Shown here: one piece after another, positions 1 to 9,443 of the stretch | Position numbering within the stretch: the stretch's first letter is position 1 | Layout of the letters: every line of letters starts with the position of its first letter | Assembly: GCA_963766735.1 (NCBI GenBank) | Contig: CAVYBU010000008.1 | Coordinates: 96,001 to 160,000, forward strand | Direction of reading: 5' to 3' | Length of the DNA stretch: 64,000 nucleotides | From: an uncultured Chloroflexia bacterium | GTDB lineage: Bacteria > Chloroflexota > Limnocylindria > Limnocylindrales > CSP1-4 | Translations under genes and position numbers: made by a program | Notes under the pieces: generated by a model | Told to the model about the DNA's origin: nothing | Databases searched by the model: none | Seen by the model: the letters and a program-made list of their open reading frames with translations, nothing else

Positions 1-258
1 GGCCTCACGAACGTGGCCAGCGTGACGCTTGTCGACTCGTACGTCCTGCCGTCGGTCGCGGCGGCGGTCATCGGTGGCACGTCGATCATGGGTGGCCGCG
101 GGGGGTACTCGGGCACGATCGTGGGCGCGCTGATCCTGACCGTCCTGACCTCGCTGCTCACGGTTCTCGGGTTCCCGGAGGCGGTGCGCCAGATCCTGTT
201 CGGGTCGATCATCGTCGCCGTGGCGGCTGCGTACACCCGTGTCACGTCGGAGTCCTGA
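1..258 (+). CDS. ABC sugar transporter permease (RbsC-like), 3' part only
   Basis: C-terminal motif AAAVIGGTSIMGGRGGYSGTIVGALIL typical of the BPD_transp_2 family; truncated by the window edge. Confidence 0.85.
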   Translation, partial: GLTNVASVTLVDSYVLPSVAAAVIGGTSIMGGRGGYSGTIVGALILTVLTSLLTVLGFPEAVRQILFGSIIVAVAAAYTRVTSES

Positions 259-285
259 GCGAGTTCCGGCGGAGGGAGCGATACG

Positions 286-1221
286 ATGACGGCGGGGACA
301 GCGACGCGCCACCTGGGCCTTGATCTGGGCGCGACCAACCTCAAGTGGGCCGTGGTGGAGCACGCCGATGGCGCCTGGACGACGGTTGCCCACGACCAGG
401 CGCCGACGAGGATCGTCGCCGATGCCGACGCCGTCCCGGCCGCGGTCACCGCCCAGCTGGGGGAGATCGCCGCGGCCGCCATCGTCTCGTGGGGGCCCGT
501 CCTCAGCATCGGTATCGGGGTGCCGGGCCTGTACGACCCCGCCCACGGAACGACCCGGTTCCTGCCCAACATCCCGGGGCCGTGGGATGGCCATGCCGTT
601 GCAGGACCGGTGGCCGAAGCAGCGGGAGTGCCGGCGCACCTGATCAACGACGCCAGGGCGTTCGGCCTGGCGGAGCTGCGGCTGGGGGCGGGACGAGGTG
701 CCTCCTCGATGATCGGGCTGACGCTCGGGACCGGCGTCGGCGGCGCGTTCGCCGTCGACGGGCGCATCCACCTGGGCCACGATGGGACGGGCGGGGAGCT
801 CGGACACCAGACCATCGATCCCGACGGGCCGTGGTGCACCTGCGGCAACCGCGGCTGCATGGAGGCCTTCGCCCGGGCGGACCAGATCGCCGCGGCCTGT
901 GGAACTGCGACAGTCGAGGAGGCAATCCGGGCCGCACGGGCCGGCGAGCCCAGGGCGCTGGCGGGCGTCGCCGACGTGGGCCGGTACCTGGGGATCGGGA
1001 TCGCGAACATGGTCGTCGTGATCTCGCCGGACCGGATCGTCATCGGCGGCGGAGTCGCGGCCGCGGCAGACCTGCTGTTCGCGTCCATCTGGGCAGAGGT
1101 CCGGCGTCGGGTCCACATCACGACCCTCGACGACGTGAAGCTGGTCCCGGCGGAGCTGGGAACGTGGGCAGGCTCGATCGGTGCCGCCGTGCATGGCGCG
1201 GAACAGGCCGGCGTCGTGTGA
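286..1221 (+). CDS. ROK family sugar kinase (glucokinase/GlcNAc kinase-like)
   Basis: GLDLGAT phosphate loop, INDA, GTGVGG, ELGH and the CTCGNRGCME zinc motif. Confidence 0.9.
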   Translation: MTAGTATRHLGLDLGATNLKWAVVEHADGAWTTVAHDQAPTRIVADADAVPAAVTAQLGEIAAAAIVSWGPVLSIGIGVPGLYDPAHGTTRFLPNIPGPWDGHAVAGPVAEAAGVPAHLINDARAFGLAELRLGAGRGASSMIGLTLGTGVGGAFAVDGRIHLGHDGTGGELGHQTIDPDGPWCTCGNRGCMEAFARADQIAAACGTATVEEAIRAARAGEPRALAGVADVGRYLGIGIANMVVVISPDRIVIGGGVAAAADLLFASIWAEVRRRVHITTLDDVKLVPAELGTWAGSIGAAVHGAEQAGVV

Positions 1222-1973
1222 TGCCCCCGACGGCGTGGCTCCCGCACTACCGCCAGATCGAGCTGGCTCTCCGTGAGCGCGTCCCGACGCTGCGCCCGGG
1301 TGAACGGCTCCCCTCCGACAGCGACCTGTGCCGGGAGTTCGGGGTCAGCCGGATGACGGCCCGCAACGCCATGCAGCGGCTGGCCGACGACGGGCTGGTG
1401 CGGCGCATCCCCGGCCGGGGCACCTTCGTGGTGGAGCCGCCCGCCCACCGTCACGCGGACCGGCTGATGGCCTTCTCGCACGAGATGGAGCGCAGGGGCC
1501 GCCGGGCCGGCTCGCGGCTGCTCGCCCGCGAGATCCGCCCCGCCACGGAGGCCGAGGCCACCGCCCTGGAGATCCGCCCGGCAGAGCCCGTGGTGCTGGT
1601 GCGGCGTCTCCGCCTGGCCGACGATGTCCCGATGGCGATCGAGACGGCGGTCCTGATCGGCCGCACCGCGGACGCGGTCATGGTGGCCGACCTCGAGGCC
1701 GGGTCGCTGCACGAGGCCCTCGCCCGGGTCGGCCTCCAGCTCCGGCGCGGGCACGCCACGATCACGGCCGAGGCCGCCTCGCCCGAGGACGCGCTCCTGC
1801 TCGGGGTGCGCGCCGGGGAGCCCCTGCTGGTGGAGCGGCGCGTCATCCTGGGCGTCCAGGGCCGGCCGGTCGAGGCGACCGAATCGCGCTACCCGGGGCA
1901 CCTCTACGCGCTCGACGTCCGGTTCGAGGTGCAGGACGGCACCCATGCCGGAGCCGGGGACGGCGCCGCGTGA
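1221..1973 (+). CDS. GntR (HutC/NagR-type) transcriptional regulator with UTRA domain
   Basis: C-terminal part of ORF 345..1973; PGERLPSDSDLCREFGVSRMTARNA HTH; ATG overlaps the previous stop (TGATG). Confidence 0.9.
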   Translation: MPPTAWLPHYRQIELALRERVPTLRPGERLPSDSDLCREFGVSRMTARNAMQRLADDGLVRRIPGRGTFVVEPPAHRHADRLMAFSHEMERRGRRAGSRLLAREIRPATEAEATALEIRPAEPVVLVRRLRLADDVPMAIETAVLIGRTADAVMVADLEAGSLHEALARVGLQLRRGHATITAEAASPEDALLLGVRAGEPLLVERRVILGVQGRPVEATESRYPGHLYALDVRFEVQDGTHAGAGDGAA

Positions 1974-3373
1974 GCGGGGGCATGCCGGTGCGCCGCCTCC
2001 TGGTGCCGCCGCCGCTCGATGCCCGCTTCCGGCCCATGGCCCTCGCTCGAGCGGCGCTTCACGCCGAGATCGGCGCCAGCGGCGCTGGAGTCCCGGTTGC
2101 GCTGGCCATCGAGCAGCCCACCGGCTCCGCCTGGCGCCGCGAGACGGTCGTCTACCCACCGGGCCACCCGGACGAGGACGCCTCCCACCGCGCCGTGGAG
2201 CGCCTGTGCAAGTTCCTCCTCTGGTCCCGTGGTGGGTCGCGCCTCTACGTGGACGGGCCCCCGGCACTGGTCGCGTACCTCGACCGCCACTACGCGGCGG
2301 ATCCCGCGGGCATGTTCGACGCCGCGTTCATGGGCCCGCGGCTGTTCGGCACGCCGTTCGAGGTCGTGGGTGTCCCGAAGGCCGACTTCCCTCCGTCGCG
2401 CGAGGCCGCCGTCGCGCTCGGCCGCCATCTCGACGGGTGCCGGATCGGCTTCGATCTCGGCGCCAGCGATCGCAAGGCCGCAGCCGTGATCGACGGCGAG
2501 GTCGTCTTCAGCGAGGAGATCCCCTGGGACCCCTCGCGGCACGCGGATCCCCAGTGGCACTTCGACCAGGTCATGGACTCGTTGCGCCGCGCCGCTGCCC
2601 ACCTGCCGCGGGTGGATGCCATCGGCGGCAGCTCGGCAGGTGCCTACGTTGACAACGAGGTGCGGGCCGCGTCGCTGTTCCGGGCCGTTCCCCCGGAGGC
2701 GTTCGAGAACCGCATCCGGGGGCTGTTCCACGAGCTGCAGCAGGCCTGGGGCGGCATTCCCTTCGTGGTCGTGAACGACGGGGAGGTGACCGCGCTGGCG
2801 GGCTCGATGATGGCCGGCACCGGCGGCCTGCTGGGGATCGCGATGGGGTCCAGCCAGGCCGCGGGCTACGTGGATCGCGAGGGTCGCCTGACCTCGCGCA
2901 TCGACGAGCTCGCCTTCGCGCCGGTCGACGATGCACTGGACGCGCCGATGGACGAGTGGTCGGGTGACCGGGGCTGCGGCGTCCAGTACTTCTCGCAGCA
3001 GGCCACGGCGCGGCTCATGGCGCCGGCCGGCATCGACGTCGACGACCTGATGCCCCTGCCGGAGCGTCTCGTCCACCTGCAGGAGCGCATGGCGGCCGAG
3101 GATCCGCGCGCAGCGCTCGTCTACAGGACCGTCGGCAGCTACCTCGGATACACGTTGCTGACCTACCGCGAGGAGTACGACCTGGACCACCTCCTGCTGC
3201 TCGGGCGGGTCATGACCGGCGTCGGCGGCGACCTGATCATCGAGACTGCCCGCGCCGTGCTCGAGGCAGAGGACCCGGTCGCCTCGGAGGGGATCACGTT
3301 CCACGTCGCCGACGAGCACCAGAAGCGCCACGGCCAGGCGGTGGCGGCGGCAAGCCTGCCCGAGGTCCGCTGA
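1970..3373 (+). CDS. ROK family protein with long N-terminal extension
   Basis: GFDLGASDRK, VNDGEV, GIAMGSS motifs; GTG start overlaps the GntR stop (GTGA). Confidence 0.8.
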   Translation: MSGGMPVRRLLVPPPLDARFRPMALARAALHAEIGASGAGVPVALAIEQPTGSAWRRETVVYPPGHPDEDASHRAVERLCKFLLWSRGGSRLYVDGPPALVAYLDRHYAADPAGMFDAAFMGPRLFGTPFEVVGVPKADFPPSREAAVALGRHLDGCRIGFDLGASDRKAAAVIDGEVVFSEEIPWDPSRHADPQWHFDQVMDSLRRAAAHLPRVDAIGGSSAGAYVDNEVRAASLFRAVPPEAFENRIRGLFHELQQAWGGIPFVVVNDGEVTALAGSMMAGTGGLLGIAMGSSQAAGYVDREGRLTSRIDELAFAPVDDALDAPMDEWSGDRGCGVQYFSQQATARLMAPAGIDVDDLMPLPERLVHLQERMAAEDPRAALVYRTVGSYLGYTLLTYREEYDLDHLLLLGRVMTGVGGDLIIETARAVLEAEDPVASEGITFHVADEHQKRHGQAVAAASLPEVR

Positions 3374-4554
3374 TGGCCGCCAGGCCAGCCACGCCCGGAG
3401 CGATGTCGTCCCGGGAGCGTGTCCGGACGGCACTCGATCACAGGGAGCCGGACCGGATCCCGCTCGACCTCGGCGGCTCCCGGATGACCGGCATCCACGT
3501 GCGCGCCTATGCGGCGTTGCGCGCCGCGCTCGGCCTGCCGGAGGCGGAGATCCGGGTCGGAGACCTCACCCAGCAGCTCGCCGAGGTGGACACGGACGTC
3601 ATGGATCTGCTGGGCTGCGATGTCCGGCTCGTGGGACCGCGTCCGGCCGCCGGGTACCGCCGCGAGATCGTGGAGGCGGACGGGTACCGCTCGTTCCTCG
3701 ACGAGTGGGGCGTGGGGCGGCGGATGCCTATCGACGGGGGCATGTACTACGACTCGTTCGGAGCACCGCTCTCGGGCGAGGTGGACCGGGCGACGATCGA
3801 CGCCTTCCCGTGGCCCGATGCCACGGATCCCGGGCGGTACCTGGGCCTGGCGGAGTCCGCGCGACGGATCGTGGACGAGGAGGGTCGCGCCGTCCTCGTC
3901 AGCTCGATCTGTGGGGGTCTCACCGAGGGCCTGTTCAAGATGCGCGGGTTCGAGGACGGGTACATGGACCTGGCCGCCGAGCCCGAGCGCGCCCGCCAGG
4001 TCATGGAGAAGATCCTGGAGATCAAGCTCGCGTACTGGGAGCGAGCCCTGGCCGAGCTGGGCGACACCGTCGATGTCATCGGTGAGGCGGACGACCTGGG
4101 CGGTCAGGACCGACCGCTCTTCTCGCCGGCGACCTACCGGACGCTGGTGAAGCCGCTCCAGGCGGAGCTGTTCTCGTTCATCCGGGCGCGGACCACGGCC
4201 AAGGTGTTCTTTCACAGCTGCGGCGCGATCCGGGAGCTGATCCCGGACCTGATCGAGATCGGCGTGGACATCCTGAACCCCGTCCAGGTCTCGGCGTCGG
4301 GGATGGACAGTGCCTCGCTCAAGAGCGAGTTCGGGCGCGACATCACCTTCTGGGGCGGAGGCGTGGACACACAGGGGATCCTGGGCGGCGGGACGCCCGA
4401 CGAGGTCCGGGCGGAGGTCCGGCGCCGGATCGAGGACATGCGCGAGGGCGGCGGGTTCGTCTTCGCGACCGTCCACAACGTGCAGCCGAACGTGCCGCCC
4501 GGGAACCTCCTGGCGATGTGGGAGACGTGGCGCGAGGAGGCGGCATATGGGTAG
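3373..4554 (+). CDS. Uroporphyrinogen decarboxylase family protein (MtaA/CmuA-like)
   Basis: SRERV..AL.HREPDRIPLDLGG, FFHSCG, GVDILNPVQ, FWGGGVDTQ, HNVQPNVPP motifs. Confidence 0.85.
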   Translation: MAARPATPGAMSSRERVRTALDHREPDRIPLDLGGSRMTGIHVRAYAALRAALGLPEAEIRVGDLTQQLAEVDTDVMDLLGCDVRLVGPRPAAGYRREIVEADGYRSFLDEWGVGRRMPIDGGMYYDSFGAPLSGEVDRATIDAFPWPDATDPGRYLGLAESARRIVDEEGRAVLVSSICGGLTEGLFKMRGFEDGYMDLAAEPERARQVMEKILEIKLAYWERALAELGDTVDVIGEADDLGGQDRPLFSPATYRTLVKPLQAELFSFIRARTTAKVFFHSCGAIRELIPDLIEIGVDILNPVQVSASGMDSASLKSEFGRDITFWGGGVDTQGILGGGTPDEVRAEVRRRIEDMREGGGFVFATVHNVQPNVPPGNLLAMWETWREEAAYG

Positions 4555-5677
4555 CGTGCGGGCGGTGGTCGTTCGTGGGCGGCTCGTCCTGGACGAGGCG
4601 ATCGTCCCGGGGCGGCTGCACGTGCAGGACGGCTGGATCGCGGCCATCGAGCCCGATGACGCCGAGGCGTCCGGGCCGCTCGTCGTGCCGGGGTTCGTGG
4701 ACGTGCACGTGCACGGGTGGGGCGGTCACGACGCGATGGGCTCCACGGCAGACCTGGACGGGATGGCGCGGGCGCTGCTGCGGCACGGCGTGACGTCGTT
4801 CCTGCCCACCGCGGTGACGGCCTCGCTCGACACGTTGCGGGAGTTCGCGGATCGGGTGCGCGGCTGGATACCCGAGGCGCCGCTGGACGGTTCCGCGCCG
4901 CTGGGCTTCAACCTGGAGGGGCCGTTCATCTCGCCCGCGCGCAAGGGGGCGCAGAACCCGGCCTTCATCGCGGACGCGTCGGCGGTTGCCTTCGAGTCGC
5001 TGGCTCCGCTGCTGCCGGGAATGAAGGTCATGACCGTCGCGCCGGAGATCCCCGGAGGGCTGGGGCTGATCGGCTGGCTGGCGGCCAACGGGGTGGCTCC
5101 CTCCCTGGGTCACTCGGCCGCCACCGTGGATCAGGCTCGGGCAGGCTACGCGGCCGGCGGTCGCACCACGACCCACCTGTTCAACGCGATGACCGGGGTC
5201 GTGCACCACGCGCCGGGTCTGGCAGTCGCGGCGCTGACCGATGATGCCGCGTACGTGGAGCTCATCGCGGACGGCCACCATGTGCATCCCTCGCTGTGGC
5301 CGATCATCACGCGGACCAAGCCCGCTGACCGGTTGATCCTGGTGAGCGACGCGCTGGCGATCGCCGGGATGGGCGAGGGGCGCAGCCTGAGCGGCGGCCT
5401 GGACGTGGAGGTCAAGGGAAGTCGCCTCACCCTCGCCGGCACGGACACCCTGGCGGGAAGCGTGATCGCGCTGGACTCGGCCGTCCGCAACCTCGTCCGG
5501 TCGGGTCTCCCGCTTCCCGTGGCCTCGGCTGCAGCCAGCCGCAACCCGCTGGCGCTGTTGGGCATTACCGACCGCGGCCGGCTCGCCGTCGGTCAGCGCG
5601 CGGACCTCGTGGAGCTGGACGACGATCTCGCCGTGCGCAGGGTCACCCATGATGGGGAGTGGCTCGTCCCTGGCTGA
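4547..5677 (+). CDS. nagA: N-acetylglucosamine-6-phosphate deacetylase
   Basis: PGFVDVHVHG, LEGPFIS, GHS, THLFNAM, IADGHH, LAGS motifs. Confidence 0.93.
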   Translation: MGSVRAVVVRGRLVLDEAIVPGRLHVQDGWIAAIEPDDAEASGPLVVPGFVDVHVHGWGGHDAMGSTADLDGMARALLRHGVTSFLPTAVTASLDTLREFADRVRGWIPEAPLDGSAPLGFNLEGPFISPARKGAQNPAFIADASAVAFESLAPLLPGMKVMTVAPEIPGGLGLIGWLAANGVAPSLGHSAATVDQARAGYAAGGRTTTHLFNAMTGVVHHAPGLAVAALTDDAAYVELIADGHHVHPSLWPIITRTKPADRLILVSDALAIAGMGEGRSLSGGLDVEVKGSRLTLAGTDTLAGSVIALDSAVRNLVRSGLPLPVASAAASRNPLALLGITDRGRLAVGQRADLVELDDDLAVRRVTHDGEWLVPG

Positions 5678-5728
5678 GCATCTGCCAGGTGGGTTGACGT
5701 GGTCCGGAAGTCCGGTCACAGTCCCGCG

Positions 5729-6106
5729 ATGGATCCCGACGCCGCATCGGTCGCTCGCGAGCTGCGTGACCGGGAGCCAGTCTTCCACCGCCCGGAACAT
5801 GGAACGAGCCGCGCCAACTTCGAGGCGATGACCGTCCCGGACTACTGGGAGGTTGGCGCGTCGGGTCGCGTCTACGACCGCCTGGTGTGTCTCAAGGAGC
5901 TTGAGCGCCGCTACGCGGACGCGGCGTATGACCCCCTCGAGGGCCTCCAGGTGAGCGACTTCGCTGTCCGCGAGGCAGGGGCCGACACCTGGCTGGCGAC
6001 CTACCAGCTCCTCCAGGGCGAGCGACGGACCCGGCGTGTCTCGGTGTGGCGAAGGACGATCGCCGGGTGGGTCCTCGTCTATCACCAGGGCACGGTGATC
6101 GGGTGA
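5729..6106 (+). CDS. DUF4440 / NTF2-like protein
   Basis: REPVFH, YWEVGASG and C-terminal WVLVYHQGT. Confidence 0.8.
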   Translation: MDPDAASVARELRDREPVFHRPEHGTSRANFEAMTVPDYWEVGASGRVYDRLVCLKELERRYADAAYDPLEGLQVSDFAVREAGADTWLATYQLLQGERRTRRVSVWRRTIAGWVLVYHQGTVIG

Positions 6107-6148
6107 CCGGCCGACCCCGACGGGCGACGGGCGACAGCCTGGCTCCAG

Positions 6149-8326
6149 CTACCCCTGGCGGCTCGCGCCGCTCACCAGCTCCTCCATCCGCTTCGCCGAG
6201 TACGACGGCCCCTCGTCCCGGGTCAGCTGCGCCAGGACGTCCATCGGCAGGTCGTTGACGATCGCCCCGTTCGGGTTGAACAGCAGGTGCTCGTCGATTG
6301 CCAGCCCGAACGCGGAGCCCTCCTTCACCGCGTAGTACAGGTTCCGCGGCGCCACGGAATCGCCCACGTTGAGGACCCGCACGCCGGCCGCCCGCAGCTC
6401 ACCGAAGAGCGCAACCTCGGGCCGGGTGTGGCAGGTCACGACGTCGTCGACCTCGATCGTGGTCCGCGCGAAGTCCTTGTCCCGGAGGACCGCGGAGCCT
6501 GCCTGGACCTCCTCCACCGTGGTGCTCGTGATCACGGTGACGGGGTGCTTGTAGGGTCGGGACGAGAGCACCTCCGCGTCACCCTGCGCAAAGCGCTTGC
6601 GCAGGACGTACATGTGGATGACCTCGCAGTCCGCTGCGAACTCCCGGTTCTCGGTCACGATCGTGACCTGCTTGCCGATGTCCGCGAGGAACGCCGCGGT
6701 ATCAGTGGCCGCATACGAATCGCCCCACAGCAGCACGCGGGCACCGAGCTTGCGCATCTTCCGCCCACCCGGGTGGCACTCGCAGGCGATCTTGGGACAG
6801 GCCATCGCCTCCTCGAAGGGCACCACGCGCGAGGCGTCACCGGCCACCTCGGGCACGTACGAGACCGCCCCCGTGGCGTTGAGCACCAGGTCGAAGCCGC
6901 GCAGCTCGTCCACCGTCGGCGCGTGGTTGAGACGGATGTCCACGTCCAGGTCGAGCAGCTGGTCCCGGATCCAGTCCAGGTACCAGCGCATCTTCTCCTT
7001 GCCCGGGACCAGGCAGACGTAGAGCATCGCCCCGCCCAGCTCCGCGTGCTTCTCGAACAGCGTGACCTGGTGCCCGCGCTCCGTGGCGATCCGGGCCGCC
7101 TCCATGCCCGCCGGCCCGCCACCGACGACCGCCACCCGCACGGGCCTGGGCGTCGGCTGCATGTCGTGGTAGGCCGGGTTCCCGCAGGCAGCGTTGATCG
7201 AGCAGGCGATCTCCTTCTTCGCCAGCAGCGACTCCTGCCAGCAGCCGCCGAGACACGAGATGCACTTGCGGATCGACTTGACCTTCCCGTACTGGGCCTT
7301 GACCGGCCAGTAGGGATCCGCCAGGAGCTGCCGGGCCAGCCCGACCAGGTCCGTCTTGCCCTCGGCCAGGATCTGCTCGCAGTACTCGGGGTCACGCAGC
7401 GAGTGGCTGGTGATGACCGGGATCCGGATCGCCTTCTTGACGGCCTCGGCGGCGTACGTCGCCCAGCCCTGGGGGTACTGCATCGGGTCGAAGCCGGCGC
7501 CGGGGCTTTCCTGCATGCCCTGGGACAGGTCCACGGCAGCGCACCCGGCCCGCTCGAGGACGCGCGCCGTCTCGACGCCCTCCTCCATCCCTCGGCCGCC
7601 CTCGCACCACTCCTCGAACGAGTAGCGGACGAGCACGGGGAAGGACTTCCCGCACTTCTTCTGGATCGAGTCGATGACCGCAAGCGGGAACCGCATCCGG
7701 TTCTCGAAGCTGCCACCGAACCGGTCGTTGCGCATGTTGAGGTACGGGCTCATGAACTCCGACAGGAGGTAGCCGTGGGCCGCGTGGAGCTCCACTGCGT
7801 CAAAGCCGGCCTGCTTCACCCGCCAGGCCGCCTCGCTGAACAGGTCAACGAGCTCCAGGATCTCGGAGATCGAGGCCTCGCGGATCTCCTTGCCCTTCTC
7901 CTCCGCGTTCTCGTAGATGATCTCGTGACCGGCTGACCACGGCAGCTTGAGGATCCGGTCCGTGGCGCCCAGGGTGTTGTAGCGGGGGATCGCGCACTGG
8001 CGCCCCGGGTGCTGGAGCTGGACCGCGCACTTCGCGCCGTAGCGGTGCATGGATTCGGCCAGGCGGGCGAGGCCCGGGACGTAGTTGTCGCCGTCGGCCA
8101 CGAGGCAGGTCACCGTGGGCCGGCCGGTCTTCATGTCGGGCGTCGTGGCACCCACGATGATGAACCCGCTGCCACCGCGTGCGATGTCGCCGTGGTGATG
8201 GATGTCGCGTTCGCTCACCTCGCCGTCCGCGTGCGAGGAGCTGATGTCCGTGGGCACGTGGACGATGCGGTTGGGGAGCTCGATGTTGCCCATCTGGAGC
8301 GGGCTGAACAGGTGCGGGAAGGCCAT
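6149..8326 (-). CDS. NADH:flavin oxidoreductase (old yellow enzyme/enoate reductase type, FMN + 4Fe-4S + FAD)
   Basis: LFSPLQMG..ELPNRI, AGFDAVELHAAHGYLL, CISCLGGC..C Fe-S motif, GGGPAG; AGGAGA Shine-Dalgarno before the ATG at 8326. Confidence 0.9.
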   Translation of the reverse strand: MAFPHLFSPLQMGNIELPNRIVHVPTDISSSHADGEVSERDIHHHGDIARGGSGFIIVGATTPDMKTGRPTVTCLVADGDNYVPGLARLAESMHRYGAKCAVQLQHPGRQCAIPRYNTLGATDRILKLPWSAGHEIIYENAEEKGKEIREASISEILELVDLFSEAAWRVKQAGFDAVELHAAHGYLLSEFMSPYLNMRNDRFGGSFENRMRFPLAVIDSIQKKCGKSFPVLVRYSFEEWCEGGRGMEEGVETARVLERAGCAAVDLSQGMQESPGAGFDPMQYPQGWATYAAEAVKKAIRIPVITSHSLRDPEYCEQILAEGKTDLVGLARQLLADPYWPVKAQYGKVKSIRKCISCLGGCWQESLLAKKEIACSINAACGNPAYHDMQPTPRPVRVAVVGGGPAGMEAARIATERGHQVTLFEKHAELGGAMLYVCLVPGKEKMRWYLDWIRDQLLDLDVDIRLNHAPTVDELRGFDLVLNATGAVSYVPEVAGDASRVVPFEEAMACPKIACECHPGGRKMRKLGARVLLWGDSYAATDTAAFLADIGKQVTIVTENREFAADCEVIHMYVLRKRFAQGDAEVLSSRPYKHPVTVITSTTVEEVQAGSAVLRDKDFARTTIEVDDVVTCHTRPEVALFGELRAAGVRVLNVGDSVAPRNLYYAVKEGSAFGLAIDEHLLFNPNGAIVNDLPMDVLAQLTRDEGPSYSAKRMEELVSGASRQG

Positions 8327-8509
8327 GGCCGGATCTCTCCTGGGTGAAGGGCGGATCTCGAGGCCTTGATCGTGGTCCCGGACGGCGGATCCGGCAATGC
8401 CAGAGAGGGTCGATGAAGTGGCAGAAGCGGCTGCCCGGTCCGTGAGGAGCATCCGGATCGATCCAAACGGCCCTGTCCGATACGGCTGGCGGCCTGCGAC
8501 CGTCGGTGC

Positions 8510-9409
8510 ATGGCCGTCTATGTCTGGCAGCAGGACCTGGAGCCCGCCTTCCCGCTGGCCGTGCTCGAGTACACGGCCCGGGGAGACGCTGACCGGATGC
8601 ACTGGCACGATCACCTCGAGATCGCGGTGGTGCTCGAGGGTCGGGGCGCCTTCCTGTTCGGCCGTCGGGCGATCCCGGCGGAGGCCGGTGACATCTTCTT
8701 CATCGACAACTCGCAGCCGCACGTGGCCCTGGCGGATCCCGGGTCGTCCCTGCGCCTGCTGCTGGTGCTGTTCCGGCCGGAGCTTGTCGCCGGGCCGGGG
8801 TGCCGGGAGCTGGATCTCGGGTACCTCGCACCGTTCCGCGTGGACGAACGGGTCGCGTCGCCGCGCATCCGCGGGTGCTCACCGCTGGCGGCGGAGGTGG
8901 CACCGGTCCTGCACGAGCTGCGCGAGATGTGGGAGCGCCACGATCCGGCGGAGCGGCACCTGGCCGACGCGACGCTGCGCCGGGCCCTTGCCCTGGTCAA
9001 CCGGGAGCGGGGCGCCGGCGGGAAGGCGGCTGCTGTTCGTGCCGCCGCCGATCGCCGGGAGCAGATCCGGCCGGTTCTGGCCTACGTGGACCGCCACTGC
9101 CGCGAGAGCATCACCCTGGACGACGTGGCAGAGGTCGTCCACGTGAGCCCGTCCCGCGTCCGGCACGTGTTCAAGGACGTGACCGGCGTGAGCTTCAAGG
9201 AGTACGTGACGCAGGTCCGCGTGGCCGAGGCGAAGCGGCTCCTGCTGGGGACGGACCTCTCCGTGGCGGAGATCGCCCGCGCCGTCAGCTACACGAACCT
9301 GCACCAGTTCTACAAGGTCTTCTACCGATCCTGCGCGATGTCGCCGGGGGAGTACCGCCGCTACTACACGCCGGCCGGTGGTGAGGTCGCACCGGAACGC
9401 ATGGCCTGA
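8510..9409 (+). CDS. AraC family transcriptional regulator
   Basis: Cupin MHWHDHLE plus C-terminal double HTH; divergent from the oxidoreductase. Confidence 0.92.
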   Translation: MAVYVWQQDLEPAFPLAVLEYTARGDADRMHWHDHLEIAVVLEGRGAFLFGRRAIPAEAGDIFFIDNSQPHVALADPGSSLRLLLVLFRPELVAGPGCRELDLGYLAPFRVDERVASPRIRGCSPLAAEVAPVLHELREMWERHDPAERHLADATLRRALALVNRERGAGGKAAAVRAAADRREQIRPVLAYVDRHCRESITLDDVAEVVHVSPSRVRHVFKDVTGVSFKEYVTQVRVAEAKRLLLGTDLSVAEIARAVSYTNLHQFYKVFYRSCAMSPGEYRRYYTPAGGEVAPERMA

Positions 9410-9443
9410 GACCCCACCCCGGACCGCCTACCCCCCCAGCTTC

